Part shown: in pieces, positions 53,585 through 64,000 of the stretch
How positions within the stretch are numbered: the stretch's first letter is position 1
Layout: every line of letters begins with the position of its first letter
Origin: Utricularia gibba
Taxonomy: Eukaryota > Plantae > Magnoliophyta
DNA: 64,000 nucleotides
NCBI GenBank assembly: GCA_002189035.1
Contig: CM007990.1
Location: 4,588,001-4,652,000 of the forward strand
Direction: 5' to 3'
Position numbers and translations under genes: made by a program
The notes under the pieces: model-generated
The model's input: only the letters and a program-made list of their open reading frames with translations
The model's database searches: none
What the model was told of the DNA's origin: nothing

Positions 53585-54265
53585 TCAAGATTCGCTGGGG
53601 ATGACACTGAGGAAGTGATAAACCTCGTCGTCATCAATAACCCCTACTTCTGTCGAGCATACAGAGCAACACACACGCTTAAATGTATCCTCATCATTGG
53701 CATCTGCATCAGCGAGTGAACTCTTTCCACCCCTTTTTCGTTTACTTCCGGCTTGAGAAATCCCATCCTTTATCTTACAATTGACAACAAAAATTGCTCG
53801 GTACTGGGTGACGTTCTTCTCATGCCTGCAGGTAAAGATGAAAGCACTCAACAGAATTGCAAATCTATCATCTTTAACATCAATATTGATTCTGATTGGT
53901 CAAGTTGATACATTCACACATAAAATAAATTAACGGTGGAAGACCTTTGGCAATCCAAACACAGAGTGGTAAAGCAAGCAGGACAACTGAGCACCGCATC
54001 GGAACTACGCCCTCTCCTTTGCTTATAAGCCCATATCTCGTCCTTGTCATCAAGTTTTGGGTCATAAAACTCAGGTTTCACAGAGTAATCTATCTCATCG
54101 TCGTCAGAAACTGTCAACACATCAATAATCAGTGGTTACCCAATTACTGAACTACACTAAAACGCAAGCGTGAAAATTCCAAAAAAAAAAAAAAGATAGA
54201 AAATTCTCACTAGTTTGATCCGAAACGTGACTTGGGGATTCTTCATTCACGTTTCCTCCCTTCAT
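53585..54265 (-). CDS. E2F-associated phosphoprotein (EAPP)-like protein, 3 exons
   Basis: SDDDEIDYSVKPEFYDPKLDDKDE, SDAVLSCPACFTTLCLDCQRHE, QYRAIFVVNC, VCCSVCSTEVGVIDDDEVYHF. Confidence 0.9.
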
Positions 54266-55491
54266 TTTCCCTCCCCGACGTCGAAAGAGAACTGAAGCTC
54301 GACTCCTGCTAGCACAAAAAATGTCAAAACTATAAAACACCCCCTTGGCAAACAAGAAAAAGGGGCAAGTTTGGGCTACGCGTGCCGTTAATGGGCCGGA
54401 CCGACTCACGATCGACCCATTTTATTGGGCTAACCCAACCGCATAACCAAATTGGGCTCCGTTAAATCAAATTTATATAATATATTATAATTTATTATTA
54501 TTATTTTCCTTAAATTTTTCATAATTTAGAAATATGATTTCCAATACTCCTCATTTAATATTAAAAATAAATAAATAAAAATGGCTCGCATTTATGAGGA
54601 TGCTCATGTCCCTTGCCTAACAAATACGCTACGTGCCAACGAACCTTTTGACCATGAATATCGACTCCTCCAGTGACGCATCTCCCCATGGGTAATTAAT
54701 ATTAACATCCCTTTGGAAGTTGGGAAACAATACTATCGTCATAAAGAACACATTTGGGCACGTTTTCTTTGTAATAAGTTATAGACCTTCAATTTTTAAT
54801 TTATTAATTAATGTTGGAAAATAATGAGATTAGCTTGAGTGATAATCGAACTTAGACGCATGCTTTCACTTGAAGTTCATATTATTTAAAGACCATTTGA
54901 TAATAAGATATTAGTATATTTAATTATATAGTATAATTAATTATGTATATACTCAATTATATATAACATTTGATATTCGAGTATATGAATAATATAGATA
55001 TAATTCATATAAAAATGATATACACATAATAGTTAATCAAACCATGATTTATATGTAAATTTGAATATAATTTTTTTATAGATACTATCAATTATGTTTT
55101 TAGATTATTCTCATTGTTAACTCTTCAAAGAACATATTTACAATTGTCATTTTTTGTGTATTCCTATAAATAATGAACCAAAAAGTGCATCACTATTAAT
55201 ATATCAATAACATTTTCTGAGGGGTAAACAAACAATGTTTTATATTTTTTCAAAAAATATTTTCTCTGTATTTTTTTTTATTTTTTTTTGTTAATTTGAC
55301 TGATTTCAAATGGCTGTGAATTTATTGTAACTCTTGCCTGTCTTGTACGAGAAAGATGGGGCTGGAACGAGGACGGCGACACGGCAGGACATTGTACCCC
55401 AGATCTGCCACTCTTTGGGACCATCTCTGATCTTCTGGTAACGGATTCAAGGGACTGAGACTATTCATGAGTCTCCCCGATCGGCTGTGAA

Positions 55492-57145
55492 ATGCAGAGA
55501 TTGAGGAGAACAGCTGATGATGAATATGGAGATATGGGTTTGTCAATTGACGACGCGGCGGGATCGTCTTCCCAGTCGAGATCGACGCCGGAGTCGTCTC
55601 CTCCGTCTGCCGACGCTGGGTTTTGCCGTAAGGGCGGTGTGAACTGCATTTTGCACCAGGTTTCTAGGTTGGATACTCTGGCTGGAGTCGCGATCAGATA
55701 CGGCGTTGAGGTGAGGATTGAATCGAGTCGCCCCAAATTCTCCGTTCTTTCTTTCCCGCTTTTCGTATCTTTATCCAATTCGGGAAGTTTCCTAGCTTTG
55801 CGTTGAACTACTTTTGGCTTTCTTTGTTTCTAAGCATATTACTCGTAAGTTGTCCATTAAAATGATGTGTCGTATCATTGCTGAAAAAGATGATAGCTTC
55901 TGCTCCGAGCTTTTGTTGACAAGCAGATTTGTACTTTATCCCGGTATTTACTTCCTCTTTCGCAGTGACTAGCTTAACCGCTCTGCATATCCTTTTTCTT
56001 TCTTGTGCAAAATGCATGGTTTGGCCGGTGATTAGGTGGCCGATATTAAGAGATTGAATGGGCTATCCTGTGATCTCCAAATGTTCGCGTTGAAAACACT
56101 ACAAATTCCTTCGCCAGGGAAGCATCCTCCTTCACCCAGCACTCCTCGACGGTACATTGATTTTACAATTTTCAATCCCCTTCTTTTTGATTTCCCGGAC
56201 TCTCATCAAAGTAATTTACCTGGAGACTGTGGAGTAATATTTTCCTGCTGTATGAGATATTCTGTTGTTGGTATTGCTTCTTTTTCTGTGCATTTGTCTT
56301 TCCCTATTATCTGAGGAGGTTGTAAAGAGGTTCATCCTGATAAAATCACTTGCAGGATAAGCAGTGCTGAGCAAAGCCCATCCAAGCATCAAGACATTGA
56401 TTTATTTGATTCATTCCAATCACTCAACCTATCATCATCCTTGGAGAGGAAAGTTTCTCCAGCCATGAGCAGCTTGCAAGGTTACTATGGCACAAGGCAA
56501 GCTGATAAAAAAGCTGATCCTGAAGAGTTGGAACTGGCTGTATACCACAATGGAGCAGCTTATCAGCTTCAAAATGAGCCGGCTGCATCTTCTTCATCTC
56601 TTTCCTCTCCACGCCTGAGTCATTACAGGAAATCAAGGAGTGTTGCCAACAGCCTCATGTCAGCTAATGGTAGTCTGCATGATCCTCTTTTATCACAAGA
56701 TGATGAAATTAGCACAGGCACTGATCATTGGATTGAAAAAATATTAAGAAAGCGTCAAAAGTCAGCAAGTGATTTTACATCAGAAAAAATTATGAAGGAC
56801 GCGATCAGTGGCAGCAACACCATTTCAGCAATTACCGGTAAAGGGTTGGCTCTGAGACCAAAATCTTCTAGCCGAACCGCATTAACCTCAGACAGCGAAC
56901 CACTGATATCATCACCCAAACCCATTACCTTAGGTGATGCGTATGTTAATGATACAGCAAACTCTGTTCGGAAATCTTCAAGTACTTCAAGTTTGGAGAC
57001 AGACAGTGGAGGATTCTCATCCTTATGGCCAACATCAATGTGGATTCCAAAGCCAGATTTTCAAGCTCTTTCCTCTGCCGCCATTCCCATCTTCGATAGC
57101 CTCCCTAGAGCCATGGGAATGAAGAGCAAAACAGCTCTAGACTGA
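55492..57145 (+). CDS. LysM domain-containing protein, 3 exons
   Basis: HQVSRLDTLAGVAIRYGVEVADIKRLNGL...LQIP is a LysM repeat; Ser-rich C-terminus ending IFDSLPRAMGMKSKTALD*. Confidence 0.88.
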
Positions 57146-57725
57146 TCACACCCCTCATCTCACTATTTATAAAAACATCTACAGCCATCAGAAGACTTAT
57201 CCTCCCTCAGCTGGATGAAGGGAAGTTTGCATCCTCCCGGATCTGTTGCTTGGTTAAATGTTACTACTTATACAGAAGTGCAAGCTGCTTGGAAATGTAT
57301 ACTGACACGAGATCAGGTGGGCGCAAGAGAGCTCTCACTCTGTCTTCATGTACTATTAGAGACTGATTTGAGCATGTCTCCCCGCCCATACTTCAGTGAA
57401 AACAGGGTCAAATATATACTCTTGATTTTTGCATTGCTTCATGGTATATATAGCATGGAATCTCTACGTTTAACTGCTTCATTTGTTCTTAAAGAACAGC
57501 TTTTTTTCGAGAATCCCATCAAGTAGGACAATTTCTGACTGAGTGATGAAGTGTTTGCTTGTTGCAGTGGTGTTCGTGGTGACGTCGAATATGAAATAAA
57601 CTGATAATTTTTTATTGTCTAAAAAATTTATGTATATATTTTTACTTTTGAATTTCAACGCAATAAATTATTATAGCTATTTTAGGATTCGTATGCAATA
57701 ACTGGAACACCCCCCGCCCTCCCCA

Positions 57726-57734
57726 AAACCCTAA
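57726..57734 (+). promoter_or_regulatory. Telo-box upstream of nucleolin
   Basis: AAACCCTAA followed by TATATATA about 57744; established for ribosome-biogenesis gene promoters. Confidence 0.6.
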
Positions 57735-57868
57735 ACCCGCCGATATATATTCGCTCTGATAAATATTTTCCGGTCTCGGGGATTTCCGTCACCGTCTCTT
57801 ACAGGAAGTCTCCCCTGGTCCGACAGCGTATACTAGTTGTTGGCTAGTATTAGCTTCTGAAGATCGAA

Positions 57869-60583
57869 ATGGGAAGATCCGCCAAGAGAGCGGCTAAATC
57901 CGCAAACGAGGTGGAGGATGTAGTATTATTGTTGTGGTTGTTATTTTTCCGGTTTCTGTACCTCTTTTGAAGTCTTACGTGTTCTACTGCAGGCGCAGGA
58001 TGTAGTTGATGCTGCACCCACCAAGCCACTGAAAAAAGGTAGCTCATTGTTGTTGTTGTAGTGGTATTTGGTGTACGTTTGAGAATCATGTGTTGCCATG
58101 ACTACGTATTTTATTTCGTTATTGAAGCGAAGTAACGTTTGTCTTTTGAAAATGGGTGCATAGGCAAGAGAGGAGCAGAGAATGGCGCCAAGGACTCCAC
58201 ACCCACTAAGAAGCAGAAGGTGGGAGTGAAAGTCAAAACAAAAAATGCAGCTAAAGCGTTACCTGAGGAGGACATTTCAATGCCCGAGCAGCTGGAGGTT
58301 TAGATTATGCTCTGTTCTGAATACAACTTCTTTATTGCTGCGTGTGCTGTCCATTTTTACTCGTGTCATTTCATATTACTGAATGTCTTCCGTTTTTTCA
58401 ATACTGGTCTAATATGCCGCATTCTCTGGCCACGCTAAGGTTACGCCCGCCGAGAATGGCCTCACACCGGCAGTTGTTGCCAGTGATGGCCATATAGCTT
58501 CCATGGAGAAGGATGCCTCCAGTGGTGATATTGATAATGAGACAAGAGATGCTGAGAATGATGTTAAAGTGGATGCTGCACTAGAATTAGAAATTGACCA
58601 TGATAAAGACGATGAGGTATGTGAAGTGGCTCCTGGATCAGCGGACGATACTCATGATGAAAAATTAAGTCCCCAAGATGCTGCGGAGGATGGAAATATT
58701 ACTGAAGAAAATGATGATGCGGAAGAAGCTGAAAATGAAACAGAAGAGGTGCGATTATAATGAGCACATTACCATGGTTTTATAAGTTTTTAATGCTAGA
58801 GTAACCTCCAACCCTCCATCCCCTGTTTCACCTGAAGATGACGAATACACTTCATAGGAACTCGGAGCACCCTCTAATATATCTGCTTTAAAGGAAAATG
58901 CATGCTACTTTAAGTATTGCACCAAGGCTTCGATTTTTTTATGATCTGATTGTATGGCATGCCTGATATTGATGGTTGGGTGTGCTCTGTAGTTCACACT
59001 AATGCAAGCGTGTTTTGGTAAATCAGGGTGCAGATATTGAGATGGCTGACCCTGGTGAAACAAAAAATGATGATGGAAAAGAAACTCCTGCCGAAGATTC
59101 TGTGAGTCTATTTCACATGCATTGCGTTGTTTAAGCAGATGAGATTATTAGTTTTTTTTTCATGGTTTAAAGCACAAGAAGCGTGTCATAATTTGTTTCT
59201 GAGTTATCGAATTTGATTGAATTGTATACAATTCTACTTTTAATGAGGACATGATCCTATAGTTTATTTCGCCATCTAATTTGAGGCTCTTCAGGAACCA
59301 CAGGCCCCTCTCACTTCCTTTAATGAAAAAAATTCTGTGTACGTGGGGAATCTACCCTACTCAGCTACAGAAGATGATGTGTAAGAGGAAGCACACCTTA
59401 GTAAATGCATTAATTGATGTTTATGTTCCCTGACACAATGTATTCTTTCAGTAAGATGTTTTTCAATGACATTGGGGACGTGGTTGATGTGCGTTTATCA
59501 ATGCGCGATGGAGCATTCAAGGGCTACGGCCATGTTGAATTTGCTTCCTATGAAGCTGCTAAGAAGGTTTGGTTGAGCAGTTCCCAGCAATTTACTCTTG
59601 TGTTATATGTGCTACCATGTCTCCGGAGCCTCAAGATTTTTACTTGCAAAATTTTCTCGTGCTTAACAATCATGTTACATGTATCAGGCTCTCCATGAAC
59701 TGAATGGTAAAGAATTCCAAGGGCGTCGTTTGAAGTTGGACATGGCGAAGAAGAAGACCCCCACCGAAGGGTACTGGTACTCCTTACTCATCCTCATTTC
59801 TAACAGCGAATAAATTTGCACCGCAATGGAACTCTGAATCGTTCATCCTATATTTTAATAGCAAAGATGCACCCCCGTCTGCCCAGAATGCAGCAAGATC
59901 CTCAAGCCACACGGTATTTGTTCGTGGGTTCAACAAAAGTGCTGCGGAAGGCGAGGTATGAACACCAATGCGCTTCCTCGTTAACTGCATTTATCTCATT
60001 TGTAATGAACGCTGCAGATCAAGGATTCCCTGGAAGAGCTTTTTAGTGGCTGTGGCGAAATCACCAGAATTTCTATTCCTAAAGATGACGACGGCGAATT
60101 CAAGGGGTACGCTTCCTTTCTCTTATCCAATGCTCTTCTGCATGTCAAATGTACGCAGACAACAGTTCCATGCAGTCTGCTTAAAAAGTATTATGCTTGC
60201 TGGGGTGCAGGTTTGCTTACCTCGACTTCACGGATGCCGAAGCCTATACTCAGGCTTTGAAGCTGAACGGCTCGGAGTTCGGCGATTTTACACTCTCAGT
60301 TCAAGAGGCTAAGCCTAAAGCTGAGCGCCGTGACAGCGGTGGAAGATTTGGGGGAGGTCGTGGTGGTGGTAGGGGACGAGATCGCGGTGGTCGTGGCGGT
60401 GGTAGGGGACGAGATCGAGATGGTGGCGGTGGTAGGGGACGAGATCGAGATGGTGGCGGTGGTAGGGGACGAGATCATGGTCGTGGTGGTGGTAGGGGAC
60501 GAGATCGAGATGGTGGCCGTGGCCGCGGCCGTGGCGGTGGCCGCCGTTCTTCCAGTGGTGGCCGAGGGCGAGGCTCCTCGTAA
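57869..60583 (+). CDS. NUC1: Nucleolin-like protein (acidic N-terminus, two RRMs, GAR tail), many short exons
   Basis: MGRSAKRAAK, Asp/Glu-rich exons, RNP motifs VYVGNLPYS / KGYGHVEF and FVRGF / GFAYLDF, Gly/Arg tail. Confidence 0.85.
60361..60513 (+). repeat. Coding tandem repeat in nucleolin tail, about 5 copies of a roughly 30-nt unit
   Basis: GGTGGTAGGGGACGAGATC recurs five times; unit encodes GGGGRGRDRD. Confidence 0.9.
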
Positions 60584-61003
60584 CAAACGTGACGTGTCCA
60601 GGGTTCCATAGTGGGGCCCATTTAAATTTTGTTCTATTTTATCATCTTCAATTTTATCTTTCTTTTTGGATAAATTACTGTTACTTTATCATTGCATTAG
60701 GTATTCAGATCAAAAAGCAAAGATCTGAATCTGAATTTGAATCTTCTTTGATTCTGATCTTGGAAGCTTGTTGCAAGGGTTTCCACAAGGATTCAACGTA
60801 TGCGGGTGTTGAGCAAAGTTCAGTTATTGCAGGGTATGTTTATAGTAATTCTGGTGCGGTGTAAGCGGTCAAATTCCTCGAGCAACAGATTCGTGCCAGA
60901 GTTTACCGCGGAATTTTCTCTATTCTGGTAATGGGTATTCGTATTATATACCCAGGATCTGAACAGGGGAGCCACAGAGTGAAACTTGGCTCGCACATGC
61001 ACC

Positions 61004-63431
61004 ATGACAGAGGGGGATCCTCAGCGCAGTACAAACGGGGATGGGGATGATGAAGAAAGGATGATGATAGAGAAAGCTTTCGAGAAGGAAAATGTTCCCT
61101 CTTGGAGAAACCAAATCACAATCAGGGCGATCGTTGCAAGCCTTATACTCAGCCTTGTTTTCAATATTATTGTCTGTAAACTCAATCTCGCTACTGGTGT
61201 CATCCCATCCTTGAATGTGGCTGCTGGTCTTTTGGGTTTCGCGATGGTGAGAGCCTGGACGTTTGTGCTGTCTAAATGTGGGATTTTGAAGCAACCCTTT
61301 ACGAGACAAGAGAATACTGTGATTCAAACATGCGTCGTTGCTTCCTCTGGAATAGCTTTTAGCAGTATGTTTCTGTGATCCTTTTTTGTTCCTCTGTGGA
61401 TTCCATTCGGGTTTGTTAATGAATCGTCGATTCCTTTTTCTAGGTGGGACGGCTAGTTATGTTCTGGGGATGAGTCCGTTCATAGCTGCACAAGCGGATT
61501 CTGGAAATGTTCCGATCAACGTGAAGCCACTATCTCTTGGCTGGATGATTGGATTTCTTTTCACTGTGGGATTTGTTGGGCTGTTTTCAATAGTGCCTTT
61601 GAGGAAGGTAGAGAGATCGCTATCCTTACCATGTTCTGTGGTTCCATCTGTGATGCGTCTTTGATTTGTGTACAGGTGATGATTTTGAAGTACAAATTAA
61701 CATATCCGAGTGGGACTGCTACTGCGTTTCTTATTAACAGTTTCCACACACCCAAAGGAGCAAAGCTTGCTAAGTATGGCTGTTCTGTAGCTTTCATTGT
61801 TTTGTTGTTTTGCTAACATGAACCGGATCCAGGAAGCAAGTCTGGGTCCTATTCAAGTCCTTCATGGGAAGCTTTTGCTGGGCATTCTTCCAATGGTTCT
61901 TTAACGCTGCTGATGGCTGTGGTTTCAGCAGCTTCCCCACCTTTGGTCTCCAAGCATTCAACCGAAGGTACATATCGTATATTTTTTTCGTAAAAACTTC
62001 ATATCGACCATACAAAGACGAATCTCAGGAGTTAAAGTGAGAATACACCCTATGAGTGTTCATGAAATGCAGGTTCTATTTTGACTTCTCTGGCACTTAT
62101 GTTGGTGTTGGGATGATTTGTCCTTATATGGTTAATGTCTCTTTGCTTATTGGCGCTGTACTCTCATGGGGCGTCTTATGGCCGATTATCGAGTCTAAGA
62201 GAGGCATCTGGTACAGTGCTGAACTACCTGAAAGCAGCCTCCATGGAGTCCAAGGATACAGGGTAATAAAATACATGGTTCATGCTGACTGATCCTTTTT
62301 ACATATAACCTGAACATTTGCAACTGTCAACAGATTTTCCTTGCTATTGCATTGATGCTTGGAGATGGTATCTTTCACGTGGTTCATATGGTAATCATGT
62401 CAGTAATCAGCTTCATCAAAAAGAATTCAGAGAAGGAGCTGCTAAATGAGAGCACTGAGGGGGAGATTACAGACTATGATGAGAACAAGAGACTTGAATT
62501 CTTCTTGAAAGATCAGATCCCAAATAGTGTTGCCATAGCTGGTTACGTTTGTTTGGCAGCAATATCCATTGGAGTTGTTCCCCTTATCTTCCCACAGATC
62601 AAGTGGTACAACATCCTCGTCGCCTACCTCATTGCCCCCATTCTTGCCTTCTGCAATGCCTACGGCTGCGGCCTCACAGACTGGTCCTTAGCTTCCAACT
62701 ACGGCAAAATCGCCATCCTGGTTTTCAGCTCTTGGGTCGGCATGGAACACGGCGGAGTCATCGCCGGCCTCGTTGCCTGCGGCGTGATGATGAACATCGT
62801 TTCAACAGCTTCTGATCTAATGCAGGACTTCAAAACAGGCTACCTCACACTCTCCTCACCTCGCTCCATGTTCTTCAGCCAGCTCCTCGGCACTGCAATG
62901 GGCTGCATCCTGTCACCCCTCGTCTTCTGGTTCTTCTACAAGGCGTACAGAATCGGAGACCCCCAAGGCCCCTACCCAGCCCCATACGCAATGATGTACC
63001 GCGGCATTGCACTCCTTGGCGTTGAAGGCTTCTCTTCACTCCCCAAAAACTGTTTAACACTGGTGGTCTCCTTCTTTCTGCTTGCCATTCTGATCAACCT
63101 GGCGATCCTCCTGTTGAAGAAGTATGAATCCCAGTACAGGATCTACAGGTTCATCCCAATCCCAATGTGCATGGCGATTCCATTCTACCTGGGAGGGTAC
63201 TTTGCAATCGACATGTGTGTTGGGAGCCTCGTACTGTTCGTCTGGGAAAGGAGCAACAGGAAACAAGCGAAAGAGCTGGGGCCGGCTGTCGCTTCTGGGC
63301 TCATCTGTGGAGACTCTCTGTGGGGAATCCCTGCTGCTGTATTAGCTCTGTGTGGCGTCAATGCTCCGATCTGCATGAAGTTTCTCTCGGCCTCACAGAA
63401 CGTGAAAGTCGATGGCTTTCTTGGAGGCTGA
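61004..63431 (+). CDS. YSL: YELLOW STRIPE-LIKE (OPT family) transporter, YSL5/7/8 clade, about 6 exons
   Basis: [97 protein letters not shown]. Confidence 0.95.
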
Positions 63432-64000
63432 ATCAATAGCTTCGGCACTTCACTCTCCCTTCTCCTCTGCTAACAAGCTGTATATATTCCACATATATTT
63501 ATCAATTTTTTTATATTATTTATTAATTTAGTATTTTATAGTTTTGTTTTTTGGATTAATTTTTTTTTATCTTTATTAGAGAAGGAATATTATCCTTTTT
63601 TAATTATTTTGTTAAATATTAATTATTATGGACAAATATGAGTTTTTGGTGAAATTAGATTCTGATATTTAATGTTTTAATATTATTTTTACATAATGAT
63701 AAAATTAATTCTCTGTGTTTCAACATAATGTCAGAATACATATAAAATATAAAATTTTGAATAATGATGCCTAATATGTCAAAATTTGTGGATTAATTAT
63801 GTATGATATACGAAACTTTGGAGACCAATTTTATCAACGGAAAAAATTACATCATTTTTATTAAAATTTTTGAATTTATATATCAACGAATATATATGTG
63901 TATTTATTTATTGCGGTGGGGGGTCACAAACTTGGATGCAAATTGCAATTTTATATAACTATAGGACATTTCTGCCGATTTTGTAAACTTGGGGACTGCT

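Overview
Gene-dense eukaryotic nuclear DNA from a flowering plant, most likely an asterid eudicot with a compact genome (about 20 loci in 64 kb, most introns 70-200 nt, AT-rich spacers). The taxon is an inference from protein motifs and density. Order of loci: HIG1-domain protein (+), a candidate unannotated gene (-), a GGCT-like protein (+), RPL29 (+), UBC32-type E2 (+), PHYB (+), galactokinase (+), MYB108-type R2R3-MYB (-), plastid RPS1 (-), mitochondrial lipoamide dehydrogenase (-), SPL1/12-type SBP-box gene (-), a decayed mitochondrial RPL3 duplicate (-), PUX7 (+), an oligopeptidase B with a damaged exon (+), NRPB9 (+), myosin VIII (-), EAPP-like (-), LysM protein (+), nucleolin (+), YSL transporter (+). 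I found no rRNA, tRNA, CRISPR array or intact transposon. Main observations: (1) PHYB, LPD, RPS1 and oligopeptidase B each carry frameshifts that are all repaired by adding one base to a G/C run, which points to long-read homopolymer errors rather than biology; (2) real decay by internal deletions is visible in the RPL3 pseudogene and in oligopeptidase B exon 3; (3) two GC-AG introns, an AAG acceptor in PHYB, and several unexplained GC-rich islands. I did not find convincing evidence of a new multi-gene system. All protein identifications are from recalled motifs, not database searches.
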